Source: Chiloscyllium plagiosum (lineage: Eukaryota). Taken from it: a stretch of 32,832 bases of DNA. Both the position numbers and the translations under genes were made by a program. The notes beneath the pieces are model-generated. The model was not told the DNA's origin. It searched no databases and saw nothing but the letters and a program-made list of their open reading frames with translations. Each line of letters starts with the position of its first letter. Within the stretch, counting starts at the first letter, position 1. This document shows positions 1 through 32,094 of this stretch, in pieces. Location of the stretch: the NCBI RefSeq assembly GCF_004010195.1, contig NC_057718.1:7174840-7207671 (forward strand), read 5' to 3'.

Positions 1-153
1 ACTCTCTCCCCACCCCCCCCCTCCTCTAGCTTATCTCTCCACGCTTCAGGCTCTCTGCCTTTATTCCTGATGAAGGGCTTTTGCCCGAAACGTCGATTTT
101 GCCTGTCCTCGGATGCTGCCTGAATTGCTGTGCTCTTCCAGCACCACTGATCC
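1..153 (+). mobile_element. Penelope-like pseudo-LTR / short non-autonomous element carrying a hammerhead motif
   Basis: C-rich leader, HHR at 67-94, then GATTTT...GGATGCTGCCTGAATTGCTGTGCTCTTCCAGCACCACTGATCCA; 74-153 closely matches 24502-24582. Confidence 0.75.
64..97 (+). ncRNA. Minimal type I hammerhead ribozyme motif
   Basis: CTGATGA (67-73), A, stem II GGGC-TTTT-GCCC, GAAA (87-90), CGTC. Intact core with the palindromic ACGT stem III typical of PLE hammerheads. Confidence 0.8.
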
Positions 154-334
154 AGGGTCATTGACATGGTCAGGCTCCCTCAGAGCCAGTTCTCAGAGTG
201 AACAGAACCTCTGACATCCTGTTTATTTTTCTTTTTTCTCTCAGAATGTCTGACACTCCTGTTCTTTATTTTCTCTTTACACTCCTGTGTTTTTCTCTTT
301 TTTCTTTTCTTCTTTTTCTCTCTGACACTCCTAT

Positions 335-461
335 TTCTTTTTTTTCCCCTTTAAACCCCCACACTACCACCTAACCGCGGTAGTGCTTATTTTTTCCCCA
401 GCACCCATGTGGTGTGTGTGCAAGTGTGAGACACAGTGAGAGACACAAGGTGCATGAATCT
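335..461 (-). mobile_element. 3' end of a poly(A)-tailed non-LTR retroelement (L1/Tx1-like), 5'-truncated
   Basis: Reverse complement matches about 24210-24340 (GTGCAC...GTGTCTCTCACTGTGTCTCACAC...CATGGGTGCTGGGG..AAAAAATAAGCACTAC...TTAGGTGGTAGTGTGGGG); T-tract at the low end. Confidence 0.7.
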
Positions 462-574
462 ACACTCATGTTTATATCTGTCAGCCAGGGCTCCCTGATT
501 GGATCAGATTAATAGCCCCAGTCAAGGAACTCATATTCTTTGCGGTCCACCTGGCTGGTTACCATCACTACATT

Positions 575-800
575 TCCCATTTTAGACACAGATAAGGAGA
601 GATTCTTTCTCTCAGTGGATTACTATCCTGCTTGATTTCATTCTCCAAAAAGTAGGGGAGACAGAATGGATGAATGCATTTAAGGCAGAATTAAGTTGAT
701 TTTGATCATCAAGGATTGAAGAGTTGGGGCAGGGTGGCATCTCAGAAATGGCAGAGCAAGCTTGAGAGGCTGAATGGCCTCCTCCAGTTCCTATTTCTTG
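575..800 (+). mobile_element. Degraded CR1/L2-clade LINE 3' fragment
   Basis: Tail GGCAGAGCAAGCTTGAGAGGCTGAATGGCCTCCTCCAGTTCCTATTTCTT, resembling tails at 11900-11942 and (reversed) 6965-7020. Confidence 0.55.
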
Positions 801-1499
801 GGTTAGCAAGCCTGACAGGAGTAGATCTAGAAAGATCACTTCTCTATCGAACTTTGGCCAAACCCCTTTGGAGAAATGAATTCACTTTTGGGCAACATGA
901 AGTGTTAACTTTAGGAGTGGGGTGTGGTTGAAATTCACTGGAATGTTTCTGTGGCTTGGAGTGCCCAAATCATGAGAACAGGATAGACAGGTGTATACGC
1001 ACTTGGAAGATGTTCTGACGTGTTACAAAAACATAAAAGGATTCAATAGGCTAGATAAAATTAAACATTTTCCTTTGGTGGAGTGATCATAACCTCAAAA
1101 TTAGATCCAAGCCATTCAAGAGACCAGTAGCAGAATAGAAAGCAACATGAGAAGAAACTTTCTTCTGAAGTTGAGTGAGTCTTAAAAAAAGTGGCTCGTG
1201 AGATACTTGATGGTTCCAATTTTCTAAGGTTCTCTTGCTTCAGGGAAGGCCCCAATCGATACCAAATGCAACTTTTTCTTTCAAATGGGAGACAGAAAGG
1301 AGACAACTGCAGGCCATTTAGCTTAATAGCTGTGAGAGGGAAAATGCAAGCAAGGATAAATGAATGAAGTTATCACAAGACACTTCTATTCAAGGCATTC
1401 ATACAGGGTCAACACTGTTTTGTGAAAGGCAAACTATGTTTAACCAATCCTTTGGAGCTCTTTGCAAATTTGGTGTAGATTATAGAGAACCGGTGGACG

Positions 1500-3055
1500 T
1501 AGAATCATATAATCATAAAGCTGGTCAGTATAGAAACAGACATTTTGATCTAACTCGTCCTAAATTAATCTAGTCCCATTTGCCAGCATTTGACCCTCCC
1601 TCTGAACCCTTCCTGTTCATATACCCATCCAGATGACTTTTAAATGTTGCAATTATATCAGCTTCCTCTACTCTGGCAACTCATTCCATACACACATTAC
1701 CCTTTGCGTGAAAAAGTTGCCCCTTAAGTTGCCCTTTCCCCTATCACCTATGCACCCCAATCTTGGACTTCCCCACCCAAGAGAAAAGGACCGTGGCTAT
1801 TCACCCTACCCCTTATGATTTTATAAACCTCTATAAGGTCGCCCTCAGTCGCCATCGAAAATAGCCCCAGCATTTTCAGCCTCTCCCTATAGCTCGAACC
1901 CTCCAACCCTGGCAACATCCTTTTAAATCTTTTCTGAACCCTTTCAAATTTCACAACATCCTTCCTGTAGCAGGGAGACCAGAATTGTACACAGTATTCC
2001 AAAAGTGGCCTAACCAATGTCCTGTACAGCCACAACATGATCTCTCAACCCCTATACTCAATACTCTGACTAATAAAGGCAAGCACACCAAACACCCTCG
2101 TCATTATCTTGTCTACCTGTGACTCCACTTTCAAGGAGCTATGAACCTGCATTCCAAGCTCTCTTTGTTTAGCAATAGTCCCCAGGACATTACCATTAAG
2201 TGTATAAGTCCTGCCCTGATTTACCTTTCCAAAATGCAGCACCTCACATTTATCTAAATTAAACTCCATCTGCCACTCCTTCACCCATTGGATCAAGGTC
2301 CCATTGTACTGAGGTAACCTTCTTCGCTGTCCACTAGATCTGTAATTTTGGTGTCATGTGCAAACTTACTAACTATACTTCCTACGTTCACATCCAAATC
2401 ATTTATATAAATGATGAAAAGCAGTGGACCCAGCACCAATTCTTGTGGCACACCACTGGGCCACAGGTCTCCAATTTGAAAAGCAACCCTCCACCACCAC
2501 CTCCACAAACCTCCCCTGCCAGCACCCCCTCACCAACCCATTCCCCCCCAACTGGGCACCCCCACCACTCTCTGTCTTCTACCTTCGAGCCAGTTCTATG
2601 TCCAAATGGCTAGTTCTCCCTGCATTCCATGTGATTAACCTTGCTAACCAGACTACCACAAGGAACCTTGTCAAAAACCTTACTGAAATCCATATAGATC
2701 ACATCCATGGTTCTGCCCTCATCAATCCTCTTCGTTACTTCTTCAAAAAACTCAGTCAAACCAACGTCAGGCTCACTGGTCTATAGTTTTCTGGCTTTTC
2801 CTTATCACCTTTCTCAATTAGTGCCATCATGTTAGTCAAACTCCAGTCTTCCAGCACCTCAACTCTGGCCAGTGACGATACAAATGTCTCAGCAAGAGGT
2901 CCAGCAGCAAATACTTCCCTAGCTTCCCGCAAAATTCTAGGGATCACCTGATCAGGTCCCAGAGATTTATTCACCTTTTTGTGTTTTAGGATATCTAGCA
3001 CCTCCTCCTCTGTAAAAGTGACATTTTCAAGATGTCACCACTTATTTCCCCACAT
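1500..3055 (-). mobile_element. CR1-clade LINE fragment (RT to 3' end), frameshifted and internally deleted
   Basis: ORF pieces KSLGPDQVIPRILRE...NYRPVSLT, SGVPQELVLGPLLFIIYINDLD...SKFAHDTK, WQMEFNLDKCEVLHFG, LYRTLVRPLLEYCVQFWSP; 3' UTR towards 1500. Confidence 0.92.
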
Positions 3056-3056
3056 T

Positions 3057-4935
3057 CAGGAAAGGAGGTCACCCTGTTGGGAGTTTTCTATAGGCCTCTG
3101 AATAGTTCCAGAGATGTAGAGGAAAGGATGGCAAAGATGATTCTTGACAGGAGCGAGAGTGACAGGGTGACTTTAACTTCCCAAATATTAACTGGGAATA
3201 CTATAGTTCAAGTACTTTAGATGGGTCAGTTTTTGTCCAGTGTGTGCAGGAGGGTTTTCTGACACAGTATGTAGGCAGTCCAACAAGGGGCGAGGCCACA
3301 TTAGATTTGGTACTAGGTAATGAACCTGGCCAGGTGTTAGGTTTGAAGGCGCACTTTGGTGATAGTGACCACAATTCAGTTATGTTTACTTTAGCGACGG
3401 AGACGGATAGCTATACACCAGAGACAAGAGCTGCAGCTGGGGGGGAGGGAAGGCAATTACAATGCGACTAGACAAGACTTAGGATGCAAAGCATGGGGAA
3501 GGAAACTGCAGGACATGGACACAATAGAAATGTAGAATTTATTCAAGGAACAGTTACAGTGTGTCCTTGAAAAGTATGTACCTATCAGACAGAGATGAAG
3601 TTGTTGAGCACAGGAATTATGGTTTACTAAGCAAGTTGAATCTCTTATCAAGAGGAAGGAGGAGGCTTATGTTAGGATGAGATGTGAAGGCTCAGTTAGG
3701 GTGATTGAGAGTTAGAAGATAGCCAGGAAAGACCTAAAAAGCGAACCAAGACGAGCGAGGAGGGGACATTAGAAGTTGTTGGCGGATAGGATCAGAGAAA
3801 ACCCAAAAGCTTTCTACAGGGATCTAAGGGATAAATTAATGACTAGAGTAAGATTAGGGCCAATCAAGGACAGTAGTGGGAAGTTGTGCACGGAGTCGGA
3901 GGAGATGGGGGAAGAGCTAAATGAATATTTTGTGTCAGTATTCACACTGGATAAAGACAATGTTGTCAAGAATATTGAGAAACAGGCTACTAGATGGGAT
4001 TGAGGTTCATAAGGAGGTGTTAGAAATTCTGTGAAGTGTCAAAATAAATAAATCCCTGTTCCGGATGGATTTATCCTAGGATTCACTGAGAAGCCAGGGA
4101 GGAGACTGCAGAGCCTTTGAGTTTGATCTTTAGGTCTGCAGGAATAGTACCAAAAGACTAGAAGATAGCAAATGTTGCTCCCTTGTTCAAGAAGGGGAAC
4201 AGAGACAAACCTGCGAATTATAGACCAATGAGCCTTACTTCAGTTGTGGGTATTGGAAAAGGTTATAAGAGATAGAATCTATAATCATCTCAATAGGAAT
4301 AAGTTGATTAGGGATAGTCAACATGGTTTCGTGAAGGGTAGATCATGCCTCACAAACCTTATTGAGTTCTTTGTGAAAGTGACCAAACAGGTGGCTGAGG
4401 GTAAAGCTGTTGGTGTGGTGTATATGGATTTCAGCAAGGCATTTGATAAGTTTCCCCTGGTAGGCTACTGCACAAAATACAGAAGCATGGGATTGAGGGC
4501 AATATAGCTAGCCAATTTCTAATCCAACCCGCTGAAAGAAGACAGAGGATGGCGATTAATACGAAATGTTCATCCTGGAGTTCAGTTACTAATGGTGCAC
4601 TGCAATTTGTCATTTTTATAAACGATCAGGATGAGGGTGTAAAAGGATGGGTTGGTAAATTTGTGGATAACAATAAGGTCTGTATAGTTATGGATAGTGC
4701 CGAAGGATGTTATAGGTTACAGAGGGGCACAGATAAGCTGCAGAGCTGGCAAATGGAGGTTAATGCAGAGAAGTTGAGGCGATTCAATTTGGAAGGAGTC
4801 ACAGGAATGCAGAGTACTGGGCAACTGGTAAGATTCTTGGTAGTCTGGATGAGCAGAGAGCTCTCGGTGTCAATTTACACAGATCTCAAAGTTGCCACCC
4901 AGCTTGATAGGGCTGTTAAAAAGGCATATGGCGCA
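3057..4935 (+). mobile_element. CR1-clade LINE fragment (APE endonuclease C-terminus, linker and RT), degraded
   Basis: ORF pieces GVFYRPLNS, FLTQYVGSPTRGEATLDLVLGN...GDSDHNSV, IRENPKAFY...LNEYFVSVFT, SQHGFVKGRSCLTNLIEFF...VYMDFSKAFDK. Confidence 0.93.
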
Positions 4936-5754
4936 TTGTCAAGGCCTTTTAGGATCTTCTATGTTTCATCCAAGTCACCACTTACTTAGCTGAGCTCCCG
5001 TGGATATAAACTTGGCTTGGCCAATCTTTCCTTACAAGGCAAATCATCCATTTTAGGTATTAGTACACGTTGAGAGCACTTTTTGTTGTCTGAGAGATAC
5101 TAGACCTTGGCTCACTGTATCAAAATAGAGGGTCACCCATTTCAAATAGAGATTAGGCAAAATCTTTCTCACAGAGACATCTCTGGAATTTTTTTCTTGA
5201 AAAGATGCTGCAAGTCCAGTCTTTGAATGTTTGTACCTTCCTAAAGTGCAGTGTCCAGAATTCCTGGACAGCATTCCTGTTCTAGATACTGTCAGACATT
5301 TTAAGTCATTTTTGCAATGCGTCCTTCAATGATTTTTACACATACACTCCTGGATCCTCTGCTCCTGGCACCTTGTTCAGAATTGCACTCTTTATTTTAC
5401 ATTGCCTGTCTCCATGCTTTCTACCATAATGTAGAACTTCACACTTAGCTAGATCAGGTCACATGCCTGTCTCTGTCCTGGTGAAGTCCATCACGCCCTG
5501 TTCACAGCCCACAATATTTCCAAGTTTTGCAATTTTAAAATTGTGCTGTGTCCATTTCCTGACTGTGTCACTAAAGATAACAAAAAATGCAGTGTCTTCT
5601 TACCACAGCCCTTGGAACCACCAACACACACATTCCCCAAGTACAAAAAAAAACAACTAACCATTCATCCCTGCCCATTCCATTATTTCCGGTCACTCAA
5701 TCACAATCCAGGCTGTTAATGATCCTTTTCAGTCCTTTGTGACAATGCTGTCAC

Positions 5755-6860
5755 TGTAAGAGGTTATTTTGACCTGGGCTTTTTTGTTTGAAGAGAGGTT
5801 GTAAAGCAGAAGAGATGAGCTAGCTAGTTCAGGCCATTAAATTTAACGGCTTGGGAGGCCTTGTTTTCTTTAACAAAACATTGAATGGGTGTGACTGGCT
5901 TCTACAGGTTAGGATTTCTGGGTTTTGCTTTTTCAGTAACATCATGTCTCCTTTCTACTGGAAGGATGTTGTGAAACTTGAAAGGGTTCAGAAAAGATTT
6001 ACAGGGATGTTGCCAGGGTTGGAGGGTTTGAGGTACAGGGAGAGGCTGAATAGGCTGGGGCTGTTTTCCCTGGAGCATCAGAGGCTAAGGGGTGACCTTA
6101 TAGAGGTTTATAAAATCACGAGGGGCATGGACAGGATAAATGGGGGAGTGCAGGACTAGAGGGTATACGTTCAGGGTGAGAGGGGAAAGATATAAAAGAG
6201 ACCAAAAGGGTTTTTACACAGAGGGTGGCGTGTGTATGGAATGGGCTGCCAGAGGAAGTGGTGGAGGCTGGTACAATTACAGCATTTAAAAGGCATCTGA
6301 GTGGGTATATGAATAGGAAGGGTTTGGAGGGATATGGGCCAAGTCTTGGCAAATGGGACTAGATTAGGTAGAAGATCTGGTCAGCATGGACGAGTTGGAC
6401 CGAAGGGTCTGTTTCGACGCTGTACATCTCTGTGACTTTGTCAGAAGCTAGTGGGGTCTTAACAGAGTTTGAAGCTTCAGTGAATGTCTCTTGGCTGTTA
6501 CTCTCTCAGAATTTTCTCTATGTTTTCCCCTCATGGCTTGGAAAACTGCATGTGAGAATCTGTATCTCCATTTTCCTTTTTCCAAAGGAGTGTGCTTATG
6601 GGATGTTACTATACTGGAGGAATTAATTAGTAATACTTACTGCATCTATTATTCTGTAAAGTTTCCAATAAAGTTATTCAAATTCTTTCTTTGTTGTATT
6701 TTAACTACAGTGTTTAAAATAAATTGTTTTGCTTAATATAGAGTAGTTTGACCAGTCACATATGGAACAGACGTCGTACATTCATCTTTAAAATAAGAAA
6801 AAGTTAGGATCTAGGCTACTTTCCTAAAATATTTTGAGGGGGTCTGGTCTGGTCCATAAC
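5755..6860 (+). mobile_element. Probable solo LTR interrupted by a CR1 3' fragment
   Basis: Begins TGTAAG, contains AATAAA near 6666 and 6718, ends GGTCTGGTCCATAAC (a TG..CA-like terminus, degraded). No clear TSD; family assignment is recall-based. Confidence 0.45.
5945..6440 (+). mobile_element. CR1-clade LINE 3' end
   Basis: SPFYWKDVVKLERVQKRFTGMLPGLEGLRYRERLNRLGLFSLEHQRLRGDLIEVYKI followed by a 3' tail GGACCGAAGGGTCTGTTTC...CTGTACATCTCTGTGACT. Confidence 0.92.
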
Positions 6861-6959
6861 CCCATGGGCTTCGCCTTTTAAAAATTTGCACCCTTTTAAA
6901 ACCTTCACTGTATTTAAGCCTTAGTGACCATTTTTTTGAACATCCTGGATGAGGGGTAC

Positions 6960-7420
6960 AGAAGCCATAAGAAATAGGTACAGGAGTAGGCATTTCAGCC
7001 CCTCAAGTCTGCTCTGCCATTCAACAGGATTGTGGCTAATTTGATATTCCTTTCCCTCTAACCCTTGATTCTCTGACTGATCAGGAATCTATCTCAGGTT
7101 TCAATACACACAAGGACTCTGCCCCCACAGCTCTCTCTGCGGCAAGGAGCTCCAAAACCTCTCAACCCTCTCAGAGAAGAAATTCTGCCTCATCTGAATT
7201 TTAAATTGGAGTCCCTTTACTCTGAGACAATGCCCACTCATCAGAGACTCTCCCATGAGGGGAAACATCCTCCCAACGTCAAGCTCTTTAAGAACGCTAA
7301 ATACTTCAATGAGATCACTTCCCATTCTTTAATGAGATCATCTCCCAATCTTCTAAATTCTGGAGTGTAGAGCCCCAAACTATTTAGCCTTCCCTCATAA
7401 GACAACCCCTCCATCCAGAA
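6960..7420 (-). mobile_element. CR1-clade LINE 3' fragment (second subfamily)
   Basis: MEGLSYEGRLNSLGLYTPEFRRLGDDLI and RQNFFSERVERFWSSLPQ; homologous to 19190-19935. Confidence 0.85.
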
Positions 7421-7619
7421 TAATGGTGATAAGATATTGTACACATAATTCAGAGGCTGTAAATTATAATCGAACAGACCAGCCAGAGTTCATGCCAGAT
7501 CAATAAATCAAACTGAATTTGAATAAATGACCTTGAAGTTGATGGACTCCAGTAAAAACCTAACTGGTTAAATAGTGTTCTTTGGGGAAGCAAACGTTGT
7601 TTGACCTAATCTGGCCTAT

Positions 7620-7955
7620 ATAGAACATAGAGACTATACAACACAGGAACAACTTTAGTCCAACTTGCCCATGCCAACTAGATATCCTAAATAAGTCTAG
7701 TCCCATTTACCAACATTTGGCCCATATTCCTCTAAACCCTTCCTATACATATAGCCATCCAGACGTCTTTTAAATGTTGTTATTGTACCAGTCTCCACCA
7801 CTTCCTCTAACAGCTCATTCCATACACGCACCATCACCCTCTACATGAAAAAAGATTGCCCCTCGGCACCTTTTAAATCTTTCCCCTCTCACCTTAAACC
7901 TATGCCCTCTGGGTTTGGACTCTCCCACCTCAGGGAAAAGACCTTGTCTATTTGA
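7620..7955 (-). mobile_element. CR1-clade LINE 3' UTR fragment
   Basis: Matches 1560-1800 (CTAGTCCCATTT.CC..CATTTG...TAAATGTTG...CTCATTCCATACAC). Confidence 0.85.
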
Positions 7956-8130
7956 CAATTCCCATTCCATCCTGGCTAACGTTTAACTGCTTTCTAAAGT
8001 ATCCTAGTAAATTACTTAGCTAACGCAAACTGTTCTACAAAAGTTCACCACAAACTACTAGGATAGACAATAGGTACTGGCTTTACCAGCAACATCCACA
8101 AAAATAAGTTTCATAAAATATTTAGTACGC

Positions 8131-8207
8131 TTTATTCCCTGAACACGTTACCACCTCCATTTTTGTAATGATACGACTTGATCAACAAAATGGCCTTATC
8201 GTTTATT
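8131..8207 (-). terminator. Candidate PEX3 polyadenylation signals (AATAAA at 8207-8202 and 8136-8131)
   Basis: Two TTTATT hexamers on the + strand, about 460 and 530 nt downstream of the stop codon, in AT-rich sequence with no recognisable repeat. Confidence 0.5.
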
Positions 8208-8663
8208 GTTTTAATACTATATACTACTAAAACAAGGAAGTTTGTGGGCAAAGAAATCAAACTATTAACATTACGGAAAGAGATGCCAGCTGGCAACATA
8301 TATTACTGTTCACATAATTAGTTAGAATCTGAGCTGGAATCTCCTGCAGTAAAAATATTTACCCACACTACCTGAAGAATCCTGTATCCAGATGCATACA
8401 TTATAATCTACAATACAATGATACAAATAACAGTATGATACAAAATAGTTACAGGCAGATTAATGTAATCATGTCTGTAAAGATTCAGAGACAGTTAAAG
8501 TCACATAGCCACGAGTGACAGGGTGGCAAATACAGGCATTGGCACCTCCATCACAAGAGCGTTGCAGGACTGAGAGGAAGGACTTCATGCCATCTCAGGA
8601 AACGGGGGGGGATGAAATCAGTCTGGAGTGCCCCTCATTGTGCTGAGAATTGCTGGCTGAGGG

Positions 8664-29572
<20,909 letters not shown>

Positions 29573-30821
29573 CTAGAAGTGAAATAAATCAATGAACACT
29601 TTGTTAGACTACCTGCCCCACAGAAAAAGCATGTTTTCAAATCATTTTTAATAAAGCACATAAAGGCAACTGCACTTTAAAAGTACTTAATTAGCTGCAA
29701 AGGACTTTAGGATGTCCAGAATTTTGCTCTTTTGATCCACTGACTGCAAAAGTAAATCAATGGGTTAGAAGACAGCAACGCAAAGCACAAAGTTGCTAAA
29801 AAGATTGCTGAGCAGATTGTGTATTTAAGCTCCTTCGGGATGTTTTACTATATGAAAAGATATCAAAGAATGCTCTTGTCTGTGTTAAAATGATAATTTT
29901 GCCCTTGATTACTCAGCATTCCTCACTTTGCTTCTGTCAGTATCCATAAAAAAGCCTGACTGTACTGATTCCAATGGATCAGCTGGTCCAAAGGATCAAC
30001 TTGTCTTTGTTTCTGTTGCCATTTGATCTGGCAGAATATTTCACGATAATAGTCAGGGGGTCCTTTATGTCCGGGAGGAATCGCTGGTTAACATCTCCTC
30101 TGAAAGATGTCACTTCCTATGGTGCAGCACTGCTGCAGTACTGACAAAACAGGAACTTCTACAGCCAGGACTGAGGAGAGCCATGATGGGAGGTTCAGCC
30201 TGGCTGCCAGTCTCCCTTCTGTGGTATCTTCCCTATCCCAAGCCGATGACGTGGAGTCCACTGATATGCTTGATGCCTTCTCTGACACATAGGCACTGCA
30301 AGTCTTCTGTAAATGGGAATAGTAAAATCCCACTTTAAGTTGGGACAGATTCCTCTCAATTATGGTGGGATGATTGTTTATTTCGGCAACTTTTGAACAG
30401 GAGAGTTCTTTTCTGCTGAGGACGAAGAAGGTGAAGGGGAGAGATTATTCAAAATAGTGAGGGGCTTTGACAGACCAAGTAGGAAATAACTATTTTCTCT
30501 TAAGTGGATCAGTCACAGATTTTAAATTATTGGCAAAAGAACTAATGAAGAAACAAGAAATTTCCTCAGAGCAAGTTGGTAAGCTGGAATGCATGACTTC
30601 ACAGTGTGGTGAAAGAAGATTATGCTGGAACTTTCAAAAGACGACTGGACATATCCTTGAAGAGAACTAGACTGCACAGAGGAGAAAGAGAAACAGTGGA
30701 GAGAGGCGAAAGATTTTCTTTAAAGAGCCAGTACATGCACAGTAGGCAGATTATTATTTTGTGCTGCATGACACTATCAATGTATAAAGTGGGGCTTGAA
30801 GTAGATCCTGTAAATCTACAA

Positions 30822-31038
30822 CAAAGACCAAAATGACTAGAAAAGCTCAGCAGGTCTGCCAGCATCTGTGGAGAGAAATCAGTGACCCCTGCTCAGAACT
30901 AACTCAAACCAACTGGGTGATTGGAACCTAAACGTTAACTCTGCTTTCTCCCCTCAGATGCTGCCTGACCTGCTGAGCCTTTCCAGCAATTTCTGTTATT
31001 GTTTCAGATTTATAGCATTCGCAGTTCATTTGTTTTGA
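30822..31038. mobile_element. Fold-back PLE-derived element, hammerhead degenerate
   Basis: Arms AAAAGCTCAGCAGGTCTGCCAGCATCTG and CAGATGCTGCCTGACCTGCTGAGCCTTT; near-TSD AAATCTACAA / AAATCTATAA (30812-30821 and 31039-31048). Confidence 0.7.
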
Positions 31039-31059
31039 AAATCTATAATTTTTTGGAAT

Positions 31060-31330
31060 GGTACAGTGTCGCGAGGAGGAGCCTTCTCACCTCAGAGATA
31101 AAAGGCAGTAGATTAAAGTCCCACTATTCCAGCCTCCTGCTTGTCTAATTAGGCACAAAAGCCAGACTGACACTCCCGAAACAGTACCGAGGGAGTGCCG
31201 CAGTCACAGGAACAGTCTTCAGATGTGCTCAAATCGTGGTGGGGCAAAAGATGTTGTGGCAGTATTGCAAAGATGGGGAGTGGAGTTCTCCTCTGCCTCC
31301 TTTGCTGACAGTTATCCCTCCATTAACACT
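31060..31330 (+). mobile_element. Old degraded SINE-like repeat (possibly Deu-type)
   Basis: CTCACCTCAGAG...AAAGTCCCACT...CTGACACTCCCG...CAGTACCGAGGGAGTGCCGCA; related fragments near 15940-16050 and 30040-30150; family from recall. Confidence 0.4.
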
Positions 31331-31340
31331 GCAGAAATGG

Positions 31341-31489
31341 AGGAGCAAATTACTGCAGATGCTGGAATGTCCTGAAAACAAAAAAATGCTGGAGATCGCA
31401 AGGGGTCAGGCAGCATCCATGGAGAGCAAACTAATGTTTCAAGTCGAGATGACTCGTCATCAGATGTGATCTCCCACATCTTTAGTTTT
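31341..31489 (-). mobile_element. Short PLE-derived hammerhead element with 14-bp TSD (sense to PEX3 intron 1)
   Basis: Minus strand CTGATGA-C-GAGTC-ATCTC-GACTT-GAAACATT (31463-31433); CACTGCAGAAATGG at 31327-31340 and 31490-31503. Confidence 0.8.
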
Positions 31490-31556
31490 CACTGCAGAAA
31501 TGGGGTGAGCTCTGAAGAGTTGTATTCGTGAGGAGCGCGACTGGAAACATGAACTC

Positions 31557-31935
31557 TTAGCGAGTTTTGAGAAGATTTGTAGCTCAGGTTGAAGTTCTGG
31601 ATGTAAGCTTGCTCGCTAAGCTGGAAGGTTAATTTTCAGACGTTTCGTCGCCATACTAGGTAACATCTTCAGTGGGCCTCCAGACGAAGCACTGCTGATG
31701 TTTCCTGCTTTCTATTTACATGTTTGGGTTTCTTTGGGTTGGTGATATCATTTCCTGCTCTTTTTCTCGGGAGTGGTAAATAGGGGCCAAGTCAATGTGT
31801 TTATTGGTAAAGTTCCGATTGGAATGTCATGCTTCTGGGAATTCTCGTGCATGTCTCTGTTTGGCTTGTCCTAGGATGGATATGCTGTCCCAGTCGAAGT
31901 GGTGTCCTTCCTCATCCGTATGTAAGGATACTAGT
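31557..31935 (-). mobile_element. Penelope-like element 3' remnant (GIY-YIG C-terminus plus pseudo-LTR with hammerhead)
   Basis: Minus-strand translation LVSLHTDEEGHHFDWDSISILGQAKQRHAREFPEA*HSNRNFTNKHIDLAPIYH; HHR CA-CTGAAGA-T-GTTACC-TAGTAT-GGCGAC-GAAACGTC-TG at 31674-31637. Confidence 0.88.
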
Positions 31936-32094
31936 CAGTCAGAGAGGCCAGTTGATGAACTCTGTTCCTCTGTCTCTCTCCACCAGAATAAACTCTAAAG
32001 TCAAAAAATGCTGATCTTGCCTAGTGCACGTCTCGTGCAGCATAACCCACATGCCTTACTCTGTCCAAGCTCTTTTTCTCAAGCTACAATCCGC

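Noticed and set aside
3057..4935. Possible active reverse transcriptase gene
   Set aside because: Multiple stops, frameshifts and deletions, with degenerate catalytic-region motifs (FVDNNK); a dead CR1 copy.
1..8100. Possible exons of a neighbouring gene (FUCA2 flanks PEX3 in human)
   Set aside because: The region is largely accounted for by repeats, and no fucosidase-like peptide was recognised.
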